Of a DNA stretch of 64,000 nt, positions 47,967-58,845 are shown piece by piece. A model generated the notes under the pieces. That model saw only the letters and a program-made list of their open reading frames with translations, was not told the DNA's origin and ran no database searches. Both the position numbers and the translations under genes were made by a program. The first letter of the stretch is position 1. Each line of letters starts with the position of its first letter. The DNA comes from Candidatus Micrarchaeia archaeon (lineage in GTDB: Bacteria > Chloroflexota > Dormibacteria > Aeolococcales > Bog-877), in NCBI GenBank assembly GCA_035533215.1, contig DATLUG010000028.1:7680-71679 (forward strand). Direction: 5' to 3'.

Positions 47967-48617
47967 TCAGAAGTGGCGGCCGCGCACCCGGGCGATGTCG
48001 AAGCGGGCCGTCCCCGCCACCGCCATCACCGCCATCACCCCGGCCTGGATCGGGTCCGTGACCACGAGGTCCACCGCGTCCACCACCGAGCCGGCCTGGT
48101 GCAGCGAGATCACCGTGATCCCATGTCCCCGCACCTCCCGGACCGCCTCGGTGATGGCCCCCCCCATCAGCGAGCCGGCCAGGACCAGGATCACCGCCCG
48201 CGGCAGCCGTCGGACCGCCCGCACCGCCTGGGCGATCTCCTGCTCGCCCACCAGCGGGATGGTGTCGACGCTGATGCGCTCCCCGCGGATGTTGTGGCGG
48301 TCGGCCTCGTTCACCGCTCCCTGGGCCACGATCGCCACCTGGGCCCCGCCGCCGATGACGATCACGCGCTTGCCGAAGATCGTTAGCTGGGTGGGCACCC
48401 GCTCGACCCCGAGGACGCCCAGGGCCCCCCCCAGGTCCAGCGCCACCCGGTCCGGGTCCGGGCCGTCCTCGATCTCGAAGTGGAGGAACACGGTGTCGGG
48501 GTCCTCGCGGGTGAGGGCCACGTCGCGGATGTCGGCCCCCGCCCCGGCCAGGCTGGTCGCCACCCGGGCGAGGGTGCCGGGGGCGTCGCGGCAGCGGCAG
48601 GCGATCGCCCAGGTCAT
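47967..48617 (-). CDS. ACT-domain protein (amino-acid-binding regulatory fold) with a C-terminal uncharacterised domain; last gene of the leu cluster
   Basis: N-terminal ACT-like beta-alpha-beta-beta-alpha-beta pattern (AIACRCRDAPGTLARVATSLAGAGADIRDVAL). Confidence 0.55.
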   Translation of the reverse strand: MTWAIACRCRDAPGTLARVATSLAGAGADIRDVALTREDPDTVFLHFEIEDGPDPDRVALDLGGALGVLGVERVPTQLTIFGKRVIVIGGGAQVAIVAQGAVNEADRHNIRGERISVDTIPLVGEQEIAQAVRAVRRLPRAVILVLAGSLMGGAITEAVREVRGHGITVISLHQAGSVVDAVDLVVTDPIQAGVMAVMAVAGTARFDIARVRGRHF

Positions 48618-48710
48618 GGCGGGTGAGTGTACCGGCGGCCCGCACGGCCGCCGGCGGGGCGGGCGTTCGCCGGGCGGGTGCCCCAGCGGCCGCCGGCGGC
48701 GGCGGGAGGC

Positions 48711-49331
48711 TCAGGCGTCGAGCCCGACCGTCACCGGCAGGAGCGGGGAGCGCTCCTGCTCGTGGGCCGCGATGGCGGCCTCGCGCTGGAGCGCCATCCC
48801 CACCGGGTCGCGTCCCTCCAGCAGGCAGGCCCGCCAGAAGGGGTCGACGGTGAACGGCGCGGTGAGGCCCTCGCGGTCGCGCAGCTCGCCGGCGGCGAGG
48901 TCGACCACCAGCCGGTACCCGTCGCGGCGGCCGCCGCGCTCCATCAGCCGGGCGACGGTCGGGGCCGGCAGGGTCACCGGCAGGAGGCCGTTCTGGAGCG
49001 CGTTGACGGTGAAGATGTCGCCGAACGAGCTGGCCACCACCACCCGGACGCCGGCGTCGAGCAGGGCCCAGGCGGCGTGCTCCCGGGAGGAGCCGCAGCC
49101 GAAGTTGCGCCCGGCCACCAGCACGCTGGCGCCGCTGAAGGCCGGGTGGTTCAGCTCGAAGTCGGCCCGCGGCCGGCCGGCGGCGTCGACCCGCCAGCCG
49201 AAGAAGCAGCCCTCCGCGTAGCCGTCGCGGCCGGTGCGGCCCAGGAACTGCTTGGGGATGATCTGGTCGGTGTCGACATCGTCGCGGGGCAGGATGGCGA
49301 CCAGGCCCTCGTGAGCGGTGAAGGTGCGCAC
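48711..49331 (-). CDS. leuD: 3-isopropylmalate dehydratase small subunit
   Basis: HEGLVAILPRDDVDTDQIIPKQFL...GRNFGCGSSREHAAWAL are LeuD hallmarks. Confidence 0.9.
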   Translation of the reverse strand: MRTFTAHEGLVAILPRDDVDTDQIIPKQFLGRTGRDGYAEGCFFGWRVDAAGRPRADFELNHPAFSGASVLVAGRNFGCGSSREHAAWALLDAGVRVVVASSFGDIFTVNALQNGLLPVTLPAPTVARLMERGGRRDGYRLVVDLAAGELRDREGLTAPFTVDPFWRACLLEGRDPVGMALQREAAIAAHEQERSPLLPVTVGLDA

Positions 49332-49341
49332 CGCCTCGGCC

Positions 49342-50784
49342 TCAGCCCGCGCCCGTCGGCGATGCGCTCGCCAGGGTTGCCGTCTCCAGCTCGCGCACGT
49401 CGACGAAGTGGCCGTGGAGGGCGGCGGCGGCGGCCATCGCCGGGCTGACCAGGTGGGTGCGGCCGCCCGCTCCCTGGCGACCCTCGAAGTTGCGGTTCGA
49501 GGTGGAGGCGCACCGCTCCCCCGGTCCCAGGACGTCGGGGTTCATCCCGAGGCACATCGAGCAGCCCGCCTCGCGCCACTCGAAGCCGGCGTCGCGGAAG
49601 ATGCGGTCCAGGCCCTCCGCCTCCGCCAGGCGCTTGACCGTCTGCGACCCCGGCACCACCATCGCGCGGACCCGGGGATGGGCCCGCCGTCCGGCCACCA
49701 CCGCCGCCGCCGCGCGCAGGTCCTCCAGGCGGCCGTTGGTGCAGGAGCCGATGAACACCCGGTCCACCCCGATGGAGGTGATCGGGGTGCCCTCGGCGAG
49801 GTCCATGTAGGCGAGGGCGCGGACCGCCGCCGCACGCTCGGCCTCGGTCGCCATCCCGGCCAGGGTGGGGACGCTGGCCGTCACCGGCACCACCATCTCG
49901 GGGTTGGTCCCCCAGGTCACGTAGGGGACCAGCTGGGCGGCGTCCAGGAGCTCGGTGCGGTCGAACACCGCCCCCTGGTCGGTGGCGAATCCCAGCCACC
50001 GCTCGGCGGCCCGGGCGAAGTCGGCGCCGGCGGGGACCGCGGGACGCCCCCGCAGGTAGCGGACGGTGGTGTCGTCGGGGGAGACCAGCCCGGCCCGCGC
50101 CCCCGCCTCGATGGTCATGTTGCAGAGGGTCATCCGGCCCTCCATGGAGAGGGCCCGGACGGCGTCGCCGGTGTACTCGACGACCGTGCCCCGGCCGCCG
50201 CCGACCCCGATCCGTCCGATCACCCCGAGGGCGATGTCCTTGGCCGTCACCCCCTGCGGCAGCACCCCGTCGATGCGCAGCTCCAGGGTCGGCGCCACCA
50301 GCTGCCAGCAGCACTGGGTCGCCAGCACCTGCTCCACCTCGGAGGTGCCGATCCCGAAGGCCAGCGCCCCCAGCGCGCCGTGGGTGCCGGTGTGGGAGTC
50401 GCCGCAGACGATCGTCATCCCCGGCTGGGACACCCCCAGCTCGGGGCCGATCACGTGCACGATCCCCTGGCGGGCGTGGTGGAGGCCGAGGAGCGGGATC
50501 CCGGCCTCCCGGCAGTTGGCGTCGAGCTGGCGCAGCTGCTCGCGGGCGACGGGGTCCGGGGTCGGCCGCGACCGCTCCCAGGTGGGGACGTTGTGGTCCA
50601 TCGTCGCCAGGGTGAGGTCCGGGCGTCGGACCCGGCGCCCGGACGCGCGCAGCCCGCTGAACGCCTGCGGCGAGGTGACCTCGTGGACGAGGTGGCAGTC
50701 GACGTAGAGGAGGACACGCGCGCCGGGGTCGCCGTCCACCACGTGGGCGTCCCAGATCTTGGCGTAGGCGGTGCGGGCGCTCAC
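49342..50784 (-). CDS. leuC: 3-isopropylmalate dehydratase large subunit
   Basis: [12 protein letters not shown]...[14 protein letters not shown]...[11 protein letters not shown]...[10 protein letters not shown] are aconitase-family motifs. GTG at 50784 with GGAG 10 nt upstream. The track ORF extends to 50913. Confidence 0.9.
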   Translation of the reverse strand: MSARTAYAKIWDAHVVDGDPGARVLLYVDCHLVHEVTSPQAFSGLRASGRRVRRPDLTLATMDHNVPTWERSRPTPDPVAREQLRQLDANCREAGIPLLGLHHARQGIVHVIGPELGVSQPGMTIVCGDSHTGTHGALGALAFGIGTSEVEQVLATQCCWQLVAPTLELRIDGVLPQGVTAKDIALGVIGRIGVGGGRGTVVEYTGDAVRALSMEGRMTLCNMTIEAGARAGLVSPDDTTVRYLRGRPAVPAGADFARAAERWLGFATDQGAVFDRTELLDAAQLVPYVTWGTNPEMVVPVTASVPTLAGMATEAERAAAVRALAYMDLAEGTPITSIGVDRVFIGSCTNGRLEDLRAAAAVVAGRRAHPRVRAMVVPGSQTVKRLAEAEGLDRIFRDAGFEWREAGCSMCLGMNPDVLGPGERCASTSNRNFEGRQGAGGRTHLVSPAMAAAAALHGHFVDVRELETATLASASPTGAG

Positions 50785-52406
50785 GCGCCCAGCTCCATCC
50801 GGGGCGACCGCAGCTGGCCGGCTCCGCGGTGGCGCGCGGCCCACTCGTAGCCGTCCACCAGGGCCAGCGCGGAGGCGTGGAGGATGTTGCCGGAGCAGCC
50901 CACCGTGGTCCACAGCGCCTCCCCGTCGCTGGAGTCGATGCCGACCCGGACGGTGGCGCCGGTGCCACGGTCGCCGTCGATGACCCGGACCCGGTAGTCG
51001 ACCAGCCGGACCTGGGCCAGCTGGGGGACGTGCGGCACCAGGGCGCGGCGGAGGGCGAGGTCGAGCGCCTCCACCGGTCCCGCGCCCTCGGCGGCGGTGT
51101 GGACCAGCGCCCCCCGCACCTCCAGCTTGACGCTGGTCTCGACCGACTGCCGGGCCGGGAGATCGGGGCGGGTCTCCTGGCGCGCGACCACCAGCACCTC
51201 GCGGAGGGCGAACGGGGGCTGGTCCCCGGGCTGCTCCCGGCGCACCAGCAGCTCGAAGGAGGCGTCGGCGTCCTCGAACGCCCAGCCCGCGGCCTCCAGC
51301 CCCTTCAGCCGGTGCACCAGTCGCCCGCGCGCCTCCGGGTCGAGGTCGGCGAGACCGAGCTCCCGCAGCTTGGCCGCGATGTTGCTCCGCCCGCTCTGGT
51401 CCGAGACCACGGTGCGCGAGCGGTTGCCCACCCGCAGGGGGTCCACGTGCTGGTAGGCGAGGGGGTGGCGGGCCATGCCCTGGGCGTGGAGGCCGCCCTT
51501 GTGCAGGAAGGCCGCCGGGCCCACGTAGGGGCGGTGGGGGTCGGGGGCGCGGTTGACCAGGGCGTCGAACGTCCGGGAGACCGCCACCAGCTCGGCCGCG
51601 TGGCCGGCGGGCAGCGCCGGTCGCCCCAGCTTCAGCTCGCAGTTGGCCGCGACCACGACGAGGTCGGCGTTGCCGCAGCGCTCCCCGCAGCCGTTGAGGG
51701 TGCCCTGGACCATCCGCGCGCCCGCCTCGACCGCGGCCAGCGAGGCCGCCACCGCCAGGCCGCAGTCGTTGTGGCAGTGGATCCCGAGCCGGTCGCCGAC
51801 CCGCTCGCGGGCGGCGGCGACCCCCCGGGCCACCGCCGGGACCAGCTGGCCGCCGTTGGTGTCGCAGAGGACCAGCCAGGCGGCCCCGGCCGCCAGGGCC
51901 GCTTCCAGGACCGCCAGCGCGTAGGCGGCGTCGCCGCGCTCACCGGCGACGCCGTCGAAGAAGTGCTCGGCGTCGAAGACCACGTGGTGGCCCCGGGCGA
52001 CCGCATGGGCGACGCTGTCGTGGACCATCCGCAGGTTCTCCCCCGCGGTGGTCCGCAGCACCGTCTCCGCCTGCCAGCGCGACGCCTTGCCGACCAGGGT
52101 CACCACCTCCGCCCCGGCGTCGAGGGTGAGGCGCAGCCCGCTGTCCTCCTCGGCGCGGGCGCCGGGGCGGCAGGTGGCGCCGAACGCCGCCAGCCGGGCG
52201 GTGGCGAGCGGGGCCCGGCGGAGCCGCTCGAACAGGGCGGTGTCCCGGGGGTTGGCTCCCGGCCAGCCGCCCTCGACGTAGGCCACCCCGAGCCGGTCCA
52301 GGCGGCGGGCGAGCTGGAGCTTCTGGTCGACGCTGAGCTGCATCCCGAAGCCCTGCATGCCGTCGCGCAGGGTGGTGTCGTAGAGGACGACGGCCGGCTC
52401 CGTCAC
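50781..52406 (-). CDS. cimA: (R)-citramalate synthase CimA (LeuA-related, with a C-terminal LeuA-dimer regulatory domain)
   Basis: [14 protein letters not shown]...[15 protein letters not shown] is the CimA-subfamily motif. 541 aa including the C-terminal regulatory domain. GTG at 52406. The track ORF extends to 52661. Confidence 0.75.
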   Translation of the reverse strand: MTEPAVVLYDTTLRDGMQGFGMQLSVDQKLQLARRLDRLGVAYVEGGWPGANPRDTALFERLRRAPLATARLAAFGATCRPGARAEEDSGLRLTLDAGAEVVTLVGKASRWQAETVLRTTAGENLRMVHDSVAHAVARGHHVVFDAEHFFDGVAGERGDAAYALAVLEAALAAGAAWLVLCDTNGGQLVPAVARGVAAARERVGDRLGIHCHNDCGLAVAASLAAVEAGARMVQGTLNGCGERCGNADLVVVAANCELKLGRPALPAGHAAELVAVSRTFDALVNRAPDPHRPYVGPAAFLHKGGLHAQGMARHPLAYQHVDPLRVGNRSRTVVSDQSGRSNIAAKLRELGLADLDPEARGRLVHRLKGLEAAGWAFEDADASFELLVRREQPGDQPPFALREVLVVARQETRPDLPARQSVETSVKLEVRGALVHTAAEGAGPVEALDLALRRALVPHVPQLAQVRLVDYRVRVIDGDRGTGATVRVGIDSSDGEALWTTVGCSGNILHASALALVDGYEWAARHRGAGQLRSPRMELGA

Positions 52407-53509
52407 GCCGCCACGTCCCGCTCCACCGACTCCACCACCGCGGCCGTCACGGCGGCGGTGCCGGCGGTGCCGTCGAGGTCGGGGGTGAGCGGTCCGGTGC
52501 GGATCACCGCGGCGACCGCCGCCTCCACCCGGCGGGCGAGGTCGTCGCGGCCGAGGGTGTGGCGCAGGAGCATGGCGACGGTGGCGATGGCGCCGAGGGG
52601 GTTGGCGATCCCGCGGCCGGCGAGGTCCGGTGCCGACCCGTGCACCGGCTCGTAGAGCCACGGCCCCGTCCCCCCGCCGCTCGCCGACGGCAGGGTCCCG
52701 AGGGTCCCGGTCAGGGCCGCCGCCTCGTCGGTGAGGATGTCGCCGAAGAGGTTCTCGGTGACGACCACGTCGTAGGCGCGCGGCTCCTGCAGCAGCCGCA
52801 GGGCGAAGCTGTCGACGAGGCAGTGCTCGACGTGCACCTGGGGGTGCTCCGGGGCGACCTCCTCCACCACCGCCCGCCAGAGCCTGGAGGTGGCGAGGAC
52901 GTTGGCCTTGTCCACCGAGGTGAGTCGGCGCCGCCGCCGCTCCGCGGCCGCGAAGGCGACCGCCAGCACCCGCCGGACCTCGGCCTCCCCGTACTCCATC
53001 GAGTCGATCGCGCGGCGGTTGGGCGCGGTGCCGGCGACCCCCTTGGGCCGGCCGAAGTAGGCCCCCCCGGTCAGCTCGCGGACGAAGAGGATGTCGGCGC
53101 CCTGCAGGCGCTCCGGCCGGAGCGGGCTGTGCGCCTCCAGTCCCAGATGGACGACCACCGGCCGGAGGTTGGCGAAGGCGCCCAGCCCGCGCCGGAGGGC
53201 GAGCAGGCCGGCCTCGGGCCGCACCGGCGCCGCATCCCAGCGCGGGCCGCCGACGGCGCCGAGGAGGACCGCGTCGGCGGCCTGGGCCGCCGCCAGGGTG
53301 GCCGCCGGGAGGGGCTCGCCGCAGGCGTCGAGGGCGGCGCCCCCGATCAGGTGGGTCGTGACCTCGCAGCGCAGCCCGGCCGGTCCCAGCACCGCTCGGA
53401 GGACCGTGAGCCCGGCCGCGATCACCTCCGGCCCGATCCCGTCCCCGGGGAGGGCGGCGATGCGGACGGCGCCGCCCTCCCCGGTGGCCGGCCGGTCGCG
53501 ATCGGTCAT
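52403..53509 (-). CDS. leuB: 3-isopropylmalate dehydrogenase
   Basis: IAALPGDGIGPEV...NLRP...DSMEYGE...LFGDILTDEAAALTGTLG are isocitrate/isopropylmalate dehydrogenase motifs. ATG at 53509. The track ORF extends to 54022. Confidence 0.9.
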   Translation of the reverse strand: MTDRDRPATGEGGAVRIAALPGDGIGPEVIAAGLTVLRAVLGPAGLRCEVTTHLIGGAALDACGEPLPAATLAAAQAADAVLLGAVGGPRWDAAPVRPEAGLLALRRGLGAFANLRPVVVHLGLEAHSPLRPERLQGADILFVRELTGGAYFGRPKGVAGTAPNRRAIDSMEYGEAEVRRVLAVAFAAAERRRRRLTSVDKANVLATSRLWRAVVEEVAPEHPQVHVEHCLVDSFALRLLQEPRAYDVVVTENLFGDILTDEAAALTGTLGTLPSASGGGTGPWLYEPVHGSAPDLAGRGIANPLGAIATVAMLLRHTLGRDDLARRVEAAVAAVIRTGPLTPDLDGTAGTAAVTAAVVESVERDVAA

Positions 53510-54759
53510 CCCGGGAGGGCGGTGGGGGCCGCGCCGGCGGCCGCCTGCTCGTCCATCACGGCGTGGGCGATCGCGGCCAGCTCGGCGTCCTCGACCGCCT
53601 TGGCGGTGTCGGCCACGGCCAGGAACCGCTCCCAGCACAGCTGGAACGACTCCGGCGGGAGCTGCACCCCGATCTGGCCGAGGCGGTGGCGGAGGGCGTG
53701 CCGCCCGGAGCGGGCGGTGAGCACGATCCGGGTGCCGTCGGCGCCCACGTCGGCGGCCGACATGATCTCGTAGGTGCGGCGGTCGCGGAGCACCCCGTGC
53801 TGGTGGACGCCCGACGCGTGCGCGAAGGCGTTGGCGCCCACCACCGGCTTGTTGGGGGGGACCGGGATCCCGGTGAGGCGCTCGACCAGGCGACTGGTGG
53901 GGACCAGCTCCTCGGTGCGCAGGTGGTCGAGGAGGTGGAGGACCGGGCGGCGGACCCGCAGGGCCATCACCACCTCCTCGATCGCGGCGTTGCCGGCGCG
54001 CTCGCCGAGGCCGTTGATGCACCCCTCGACCCGGCGCGCGCCGGCCTCGATGCCGGCGAGCGAGTTGGCGGTGGCGAGGCCGAGGTCGTCGTGGCAGTGG
54101 ACGCTGACCAGGACCCGCTCCATGCCCCGGACCTCGCGCCGGACGGTGGCGACCAGGTCGCGGAACTCCGCCGGCAGGCAGTAGCCGGTGGTGTCGGGGA
54201 TGTTGACGACCGCGGCCCCGGCGTCGACCGCGACCTGCACCACCTCGCAGAGGTAGTCGGGGTCGGTCCGCCCCGCGTCCTCGGGCGAGAACTCCACCGC
54301 GTCGCAGAGCGAGCGGGCGTGGGCGATGGCCTCACCGGTGCGCTCCAGCACGGTCCGGCGGTCGAGCCCGAGCTTGTGGGTGATGTGGATGTCGGAGACG
54401 CTGATGAAGACGTGGATGAGCGGCCGCTGGGCCTCCCGCACCGCGGCGTGGACCGCCTCGATGTCGCCCCGGGTGGCGCGCGCCAGGCCGGTCACGCTCG
54501 GCCCCTCCACCTCGCGGGCGATCCGCTGCACCGCCTCGAAGTCGCCCGGCGAGGAGGCCGGGAAGCCGGCCTCGATGACGTCGACGCCCAGGCGGGCGAG
54601 CTGGTGCGCGACCAGGAGCTTGTCGGCCAGGTGCAGGGTGGCCCCCGGCGACTGCTCGCCGTCGCGCAGGGTGGTGTCGAAGAACTGGACCAGCCGAGCG
54701 GGGGCGCCCGCCACCGCCTCCGATACGTCGGGGTTGGCGCTCGCGGGCGGCGCGCTCAT
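53506..54759 (-). CDS. leuA: 2-isopropylmalate synthase, short form lacking the C-terminal LeuA-dimer regulatory domain
   Basis: [19 protein letters not shown]...[20 protein letters not shown]...[22 protein letters not shown] is type-1 LeuA. Only 417 aa, whereas regulated LeuA is 510 aa or more. Has an ATGA overlap with leuB. Confidence 0.8.
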   Translation of the reverse strand: MSAPPASANPDVSEAVAGAPARLVQFFDTTLRDGEQSPGATLHLADKLLVAHQLARLGVDVIEAGFPASSPGDFEAVQRIAREVEGPSVTGLARATRGDIEAVHAAVREAQRPLIHVFISVSDIHITHKLGLDRRTVLERTGEAIAHARSLCDAVEFSPEDAGRTDPDYLCEVVQVAVDAGAAVVNIPDTTGYCLPAEFRDLVATVRREVRGMERVLVSVHCHDDLGLATANSLAGIEAGARRVEGCINGLGERAGNAAIEEVVMALRVRRPVLHLLDHLRTEELVPTSRLVERLTGIPVPPNKPVVGANAFAHASGVHQHGVLRDRRTYEIMSAADVGADGTRIVLTARSGRHALRHRLGQIGVQLPPESFQLCWERFLAVADTAKAVEDAELAAIAHAVMDEQAAAGAAPTALPG

Positions 54760-55808
54760 CCGCCGCTCCCGGACGGGGTCGCGGCGACGGGCTCGGTCTC
54801 GGCGGTGGGGATGTGGGCCACCGGCACGATCCAGGGCATGTGGTCGCGCAGGCGCTGACCGACCTCCTCCAGCGGCTGGCGCCGCTCCTCGGCCCGCCGC
54901 CGCAGGAAGGCCGCCCGCCCGGAGCGGTTCTCGTCGATCCAGCGCTCCGCGAAGCTGCCGTCCTGGATCCGTCCCAGCACCTCGCGCATCCGGTCGCGGA
55001 CGTGCTGGTCGATGATGAGAGGGCCGCTCTCGTAGTCACCGAACTCGGCGGTGTCGCTGACGCTGTAGCGCATCAGGGAGAGGCCGCCCTGGTACATGAG
55101 GTCGACGATGAGCTTGAGCTCGTGGAGGCATTCGAAGTAGGCGAGCTCGGGCTGGTAGCCGGCCTCGACCAGGGTCTCGAAGCCGGCCTTCACCAGCTGG
55201 GCGACGCCGCCGCAGAGCACCGCCTGCTCCCCGAAGAGGTCGGTCTCGGTCTCCTCGCGGAAGGTGGTGCGCAGGACCCCGGCCCGGGTGGCGCCGAGGG
55301 CCCTGGCGTAGGCGAGGGTGCGGGCCAGCGCCCGACCGGTCGGGTCCTGGTGGATCGCCAGCAGCGCCGGGCAGCCGATGCCGGCCTGATAGGTGGAGCG
55401 GACCATGTGGCCGGGCGCCTTGGGAGCGACCATCGCCACGTCGCAGCCGGCGGGCGGCTGGACGGTTCCGAAGTGAATGGCGAAGCCGTGGGCGAAGAGC
55501 AGCAGGGCGCCGGGACGGAGGCCGTCGCCCAGGCCCTGCTGGAAGAGCGCCGCCTGGTCGTGGTCCGGGATCAGCACCATCACGACGTCGGCATCGCGGG
55601 CGGCCTCGACCGGGTCCAGGACCTGGAAGCCGTCGCGGGTCGCCTGCTCCCGGGAGCGGCTGCCGGGACGCAGGCCGACGACCACCTGGTGGCCGCTGTC
55701 GCGCAGGTTCTGGGCGTGGGCGTGGCCCTGGCTGCCGTAGCCGAGGACCGCGATCCGCGCCCCCTCGAGCGCCGAGGGGTCGCAGTCGGCGTCGTAGTAC
55801 ATCTCCAT
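54756..55808 (-). CDS. ilvC: Ketol-acid reductoisomerase
   Basis: [10 protein letters not shown]...[21 protein letters not shown]...[11 protein letters not shown] are IlvC class I motifs. ATG at 55808. The track ORF extends to 56099. Confidence 0.9.
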   Translation of the reverse strand: MEMYYDADCDPSALEGARIAVLGYGSQGHAHAQNLRDSGHQVVVGLRPGSRSREQATRDGFQVLDPVEAARDADVVMVLIPDHDQAALFQQGLGDGLRPGALLLFAHGFAIHFGTVQPPAGCDVAMVAPKAPGHMVRSTYQAGIGCPALLAIHQDPTGRALARTLAYARALGATRAGVLRTTFREETETDLFGEQAVLCGGVAQLVKAGFETLVEAGYQPELAYFECLHELKLIVDLMYQGGLSLMRYSVSDTAEFGDYESGPLIIDQHVRDRMREVLGRIQDGSFAERWIDENRSGRAAFLRRRAEERRQPLEEVGQRLRDHMPWIVPVAHIPTAETEPVAATPSGSGG

Positions 55809-55813
55809 CCCGG

Positions 55814-56428
55814 TCACTGTCCTCGCTGCTGGGTCGTCGGGGGGGCGCCGGCGGCGGTACCGGCCATTGTCACAGGCTGGCCGGGGGCACAGGCGAGCGG
55901 CCCGCTGCAGACCCAGTCGGCGCCCGGCAGCGGGCGCAGCGCCTCCAGCCGGGTCGCCAACTCGGCCGGCGGTCCCGCCACCGCCACCACCACCCGGTCG
56001 GCGTCGCGGTGGAGGATCTGGCCGTCGAGCCGGGCCACGGCGGGATCGACGATGGCCTCCGCGCCGCGCCGGTCGATGGTCACCAGCGCGGTGGTCCACT
56101 CCACCCGGGGGGTGTCGGTGATGTCCTCGACGCTGACCACGTCGATCAGCTTGGCCAGCTGCTTCACCACCTGGTCGGGCGGCTGGTAGCCGGGGTCGAC
56201 GCGCAGGGTGAGGCCGGCGATGCCGGGCTCCGGCGTCGGGCCGACCGCGCAGGTCTCGAGCCGGAAGCCCCGCCGCTGGATGCAGTTGGTCACCCGCTGC
56301 ATCACCCCGGAGCGGTCCTCCAGCCGCATCGAGACCACCCGCACCCGCCTCCCGGTCGGCTCCGGGATCGGCCGGGGGGCGAGATGGGCATGGGGGGCCT
56401 CGTGGGCGCCCCCCTCGGCCAGGGTCAC
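55814..56428 (-). CDS. ilvN: Acetolactate synthase small (regulatory) subunit
   Basis: ACT domain [45 protein letters not shown] at 56428 with a GTGA overlap on the ilvB stop. Carved from track ORF 55814..58096. Confidence 0.75.
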   Translation of the reverse strand: MTLAEGGAHEAPHAHLAPRPIPEPTGRRVRVVSMRLEDRSGVMQRVTNCIQRRGFRLETCAVGPTPEPGIAGLTLRVDPGYQPPDQVVKQLAKLIDVVSVEDITDTPRVEWTTALVTIDRRGAEAIVDPAVARLDGQILHRDADRVVVAVAGPPAELATRLEALRPLPGADWVCSGPLACAPGQPVTMAGTAAGAPPTTQQRGQ

Positions 56429-58164
56429 GACGGGTCCGGGCATTCGACGAAGTCCGCCAGCCCCTTCCCGAGCGGCACGATGGGGTAGATGTTGGCCTCG
56501 GGGTCGATCCAGACGTCGACGATGGCCGGACCGGGGTGGGCCAGCGCCGCGTCCAGGGCCGGGCCGACCTGGTCCAAGCGCTCGACCTGGGCGCCGAAGC
56601 ACCCGTAGGCCTTGGCGAACAGGGTGAAGTCGGGGGTCGCCGCGAGGTCGACCTGGGATCGGACCCCGCCGTAGAAGTCGTCCTGGAATTGGCGCACCAT
56701 CCCCAGGCTGTGGTTGTTGAGGATGAGGACCTTGACCGGCAGGCCCGCGTCCACCGCCGTCGCCAGCTCCTGGGCCGTCATCACGAATCCGCCCTCGCCG
56801 GTCACGCAGAAGACCCGTCGGCGGGGGTGGGCCGCCTGCGCACCCAGGGCGGCCGGAAAGGCGAACCCCATCGTCCCCTGGCCCCCGGAGTTGAGGAACT
56901 GACCGGGCGCGTCGCCGGTCCAGCTGGTCGCGGCCCACATCTGATTCAGCCCGACATCGGCGACCGTGATGTCCTCCGGGCGACGACGGAGGTAGAGCTC
57001 CGCCAGCGCCTCTTGCGGCTGCAGGCGACCGTTGCGCGGATAGCGGGGGGGATGACGCTCGCGCCACCCCTGCACCTGCGCCCGCCAGGCGGGCCGCGGT
57101 CGCGGCGCCAGTCGCGCCAGCAGGGCGTCCAGGGCCAGGCCGGCGTCGCCGACGATCTGGCAGTCGGCCTGCACCGTCTTGCCCAGCTCGGCGGGATCGA
57201 TGTTCACGTGAACCATGTGCTGGGCCCGGGGCGCGAAGCCGTCGATCCGGCAGGTGACCCGGTCGTCGGCTCGCATGCCGACCATCAGGAGGCAGTCGCA
57301 GTCGGTCACCGCGCGGTTGCACGCCCCGGTGCCCATGAAGCCGACCAGCCCCAGCGCCAGCGGGTGGGTGCTGGGGAACACGCCGGTGCCGAGCAGGGTG
57401 GTGCCGACCGGGGCGTCGAGCGCCTCGGCGAGCTGGCGCAGGGCGTCCTCGGCCTGGGCGATGGCGACCCCGCGCCCGGCCAGGATCACCGGCCGCTCCG
57501 CCGCCGCCAGGTGGGCGGCGGCCTGGTCCAGCAGGCCGGGCTCCGGCGGCGGCGGCGCCTGGTGGGCCCGGGCGCGTGTGATCGCGCCGAGCGGGTTCGC
57601 GACCAGCGCCTGCTGGACGTCCTTGGGGATGTCGATCAGCACCACCCCGGGACGTCCGGTGGTGGCCACGTGGAAGGCCTCCGCCACCACCGCCGGGAGC
57701 TCGCGGGCGTCGTGGATCTGGTAGCTGTGCTTGGTCACCGACAGGCTGGAGCCGATCACGTCCGACTCCTGGAACGCATCGGTGCCGATCTGGTGGGTGG
57801 CGACCTGGCCGGTGATCGCGACGACCGGCACCGAGTCGTAGTGGGCGGTTGCCAGCCCGGTGATGAGGTTGAGCGCTCCGGGCCCGGAGGTGGCGAGGCA
57901 GACGCCGACCCGGCCGCTGGCACGCGCGTAGCCGTCGGCCATGTGCGCCGCCCCCTGCTCGTGGCGGACGAGGACGTGGCGGAGCGGGAAGTTGGGCAGG
58001 AACTGGTAGATGGGGAGATTGGCACCGCCGGGGAACCCGAAGATCGTCGTCACCCCGTGGTCGACCAGGGCCTGGAGGAGCAGCTCGGCGCCGCACGGGT
58101 CGGTGGCCACCGCCCGGGTGGGGTCGTCGGCTTCTCGCAGAGCGGCGGCGGGCAGCGCTGCCAT
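56425..58164 (-). CDS. ilvB: Acetolactate synthase large subunit (ThDP-dependent)
   Basis: [23 protein letters not shown]...[22 protein letters not shown]...[16 protein letters not shown] (ThDP motif). GAGGG 7 nt upstream of the ATG. Confidence 0.9.
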   Translation of the reverse strand: MAALPAAALREADDPTRAVATDPCGAELLLQALVDHGVTTIFGFPGGANLPIYQFLPNFPLRHVLVRHEQGAAHMADGYARASGRVGVCLATSGPGALNLITGLATAHYDSVPVVAITGQVATHQIGTDAFQESDVIGSSLSVTKHSYQIHDARELPAVVAEAFHVATTGRPGVVLIDIPKDVQQALVANPLGAITRARAHQAPPPPEPGLLDQAAAHLAAAERPVILAGRGVAIAQAEDALRQLAEALDAPVGTTLLGTGVFPSTHPLALGLVGFMGTGACNRAVTDCDCLLMVGMRADDRVTCRIDGFAPRAQHMVHVNIDPAELGKTVQADCQIVGDAGLALDALLARLAPRPRPAWRAQVQGWRERHPPRYPRNGRLQPQEALAELYLRRRPEDITVADVGLNQMWAATSWTGDAPGQFLNSGGQGTMGFAFPAALGAQAAHPRRRVFCVTGEGGFVMTAQELATAVDAGLPVKVLILNNHSLGMVRQFQDDFYGGVRSQVDLAATPDFTLFAKAYGCFGAQVERLDQVGPALDAALAHPGPAIVDVWIDPEANIYPIVPLGKGLADFVECPDPS

Positions 58165-58368
58165 GACGCCGCCCTCACCCGGCCTGGTAGGTGGCGTCGA
58201 TCGCGGCCGTCAGGGCGGCGTCGGCGGCCAGCTCGCGGATCGGGCGCCCCGGCTCGGCGGCGCGCAGATGGTCGAGCCGATTGCGGGGGCCCTCCCCGAG
58301 GGCGACGTCGTCCGGGACCCGGTCGGGCCCGGATGCGGGATCGGAGGGGGAGTCGGGCGTGGGGATGC

Positions 58369-58598
58369 TCACGGGGTGGTCTCCTCGAGGCGGGTGGGGC
58401 CGGCGGCACGCAGTCGCTGCCGGCAGGGGGCGCAGAGGAGCGCTCCCGATCCGGCCCGGGTCAGGAAGTGGCGGTGGCAGGCGACGCACTCGATCGAGCG
58501 CGCCGGCGCGCGGTGGGGGTGCTGGGCCCGGTCGGTGGGGTCGGCGGGACTCCGACGGGCCGGGATCGACTGGGTGGGATCGGGGCTCGGGGTGGGCA
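58369..58598 (-). CDS. Small (76 aa) zinc-ribbon protein candidate between the attenuator and ilvB
   Basis: ATG with GGAG 4-5 nt upstream. High GC3. Motif ECVACHRHF...LLCAPCRQRL (CxxC-x16-CxxC). No family recognised. Confidence 0.35.
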
Positions 58599-58687
58599 TG
58601 ACGCTCCGGTGGGGCGGGTGATCACGTGGGGGATGGGCGCTTCGGAGGGGTCGTGCGGCAGGCACCCGGTCCCGGCGTCCGGAGGGG

Positions 58688-58728
58688 AAAAAAAGAACCG
58701 GCCCCCCGGGGATGTCGGGGGGCCGGTT
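58688..58728 (-). terminator. Rho-independent terminator (attenuator) of the ilv-leu leader: 13-bp perfect GC-rich hairpin followed by U7
   Basis: On the minus strand: AACCGGCCCCCCG-acauccc-CGGGGGGCCGGUU followed by CUUUUUUU. It lies ~24 nt after the leader-peptide stop and ~520 nt upstream of ilvB. Confidence 0.75.
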
Positions 58729-58751
58729 GCCTTCGCCGTCGTGACCTGGCG

Positions 58752-58835
58752 TTAGCTGAGCGGCCCCCCGCTAATAAGGAGTACGAGGACCCGGAGGTCC
58801 CCCGCGCTCAGCTGGACGGCGAGGTTGGCGCTCAC
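58752..58835 (-). CDS. ilv-leu leader peptide (27 aa), VSANLAVQLSAGDLRVLVLLISGGPLS, with six consecutive branched-chain codons
   Basis: The start is GTG 3-4 nt from the predicted transcription start (leaderless-type). Codons GUC CUC GUA CUC CUU AUU; GUA, CUU and AUU are rare in this GC-rich context. The segment GGGGGGCCG right after the Ile codon is complementary to the 5' arm of the terminator. Confidence 0.6.
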   Translation of the reverse strand: MSANLAVQLSAGDLRVLVLLISGGPLS

Positions 58836-58845
58836 AGTGCGTCCA

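Noticed and set aside
58688-58839. Small SRP (4.5S) RNA or other known housekeeping sRNA for the promoter-to-terminator transcript
   Set aside because: A CCAGGUCA stretch resembles SRP domain IV. However, no GNRA-capped helix with the conserved AGCAGCC strand can be folded, and the 5' and 3' ends do not pair. The transcript instead contains a translatable Val/Leu/Ile-rich leader ORF with an antiterminator and terminator, so a cis-acting attenuator is the better explanation.
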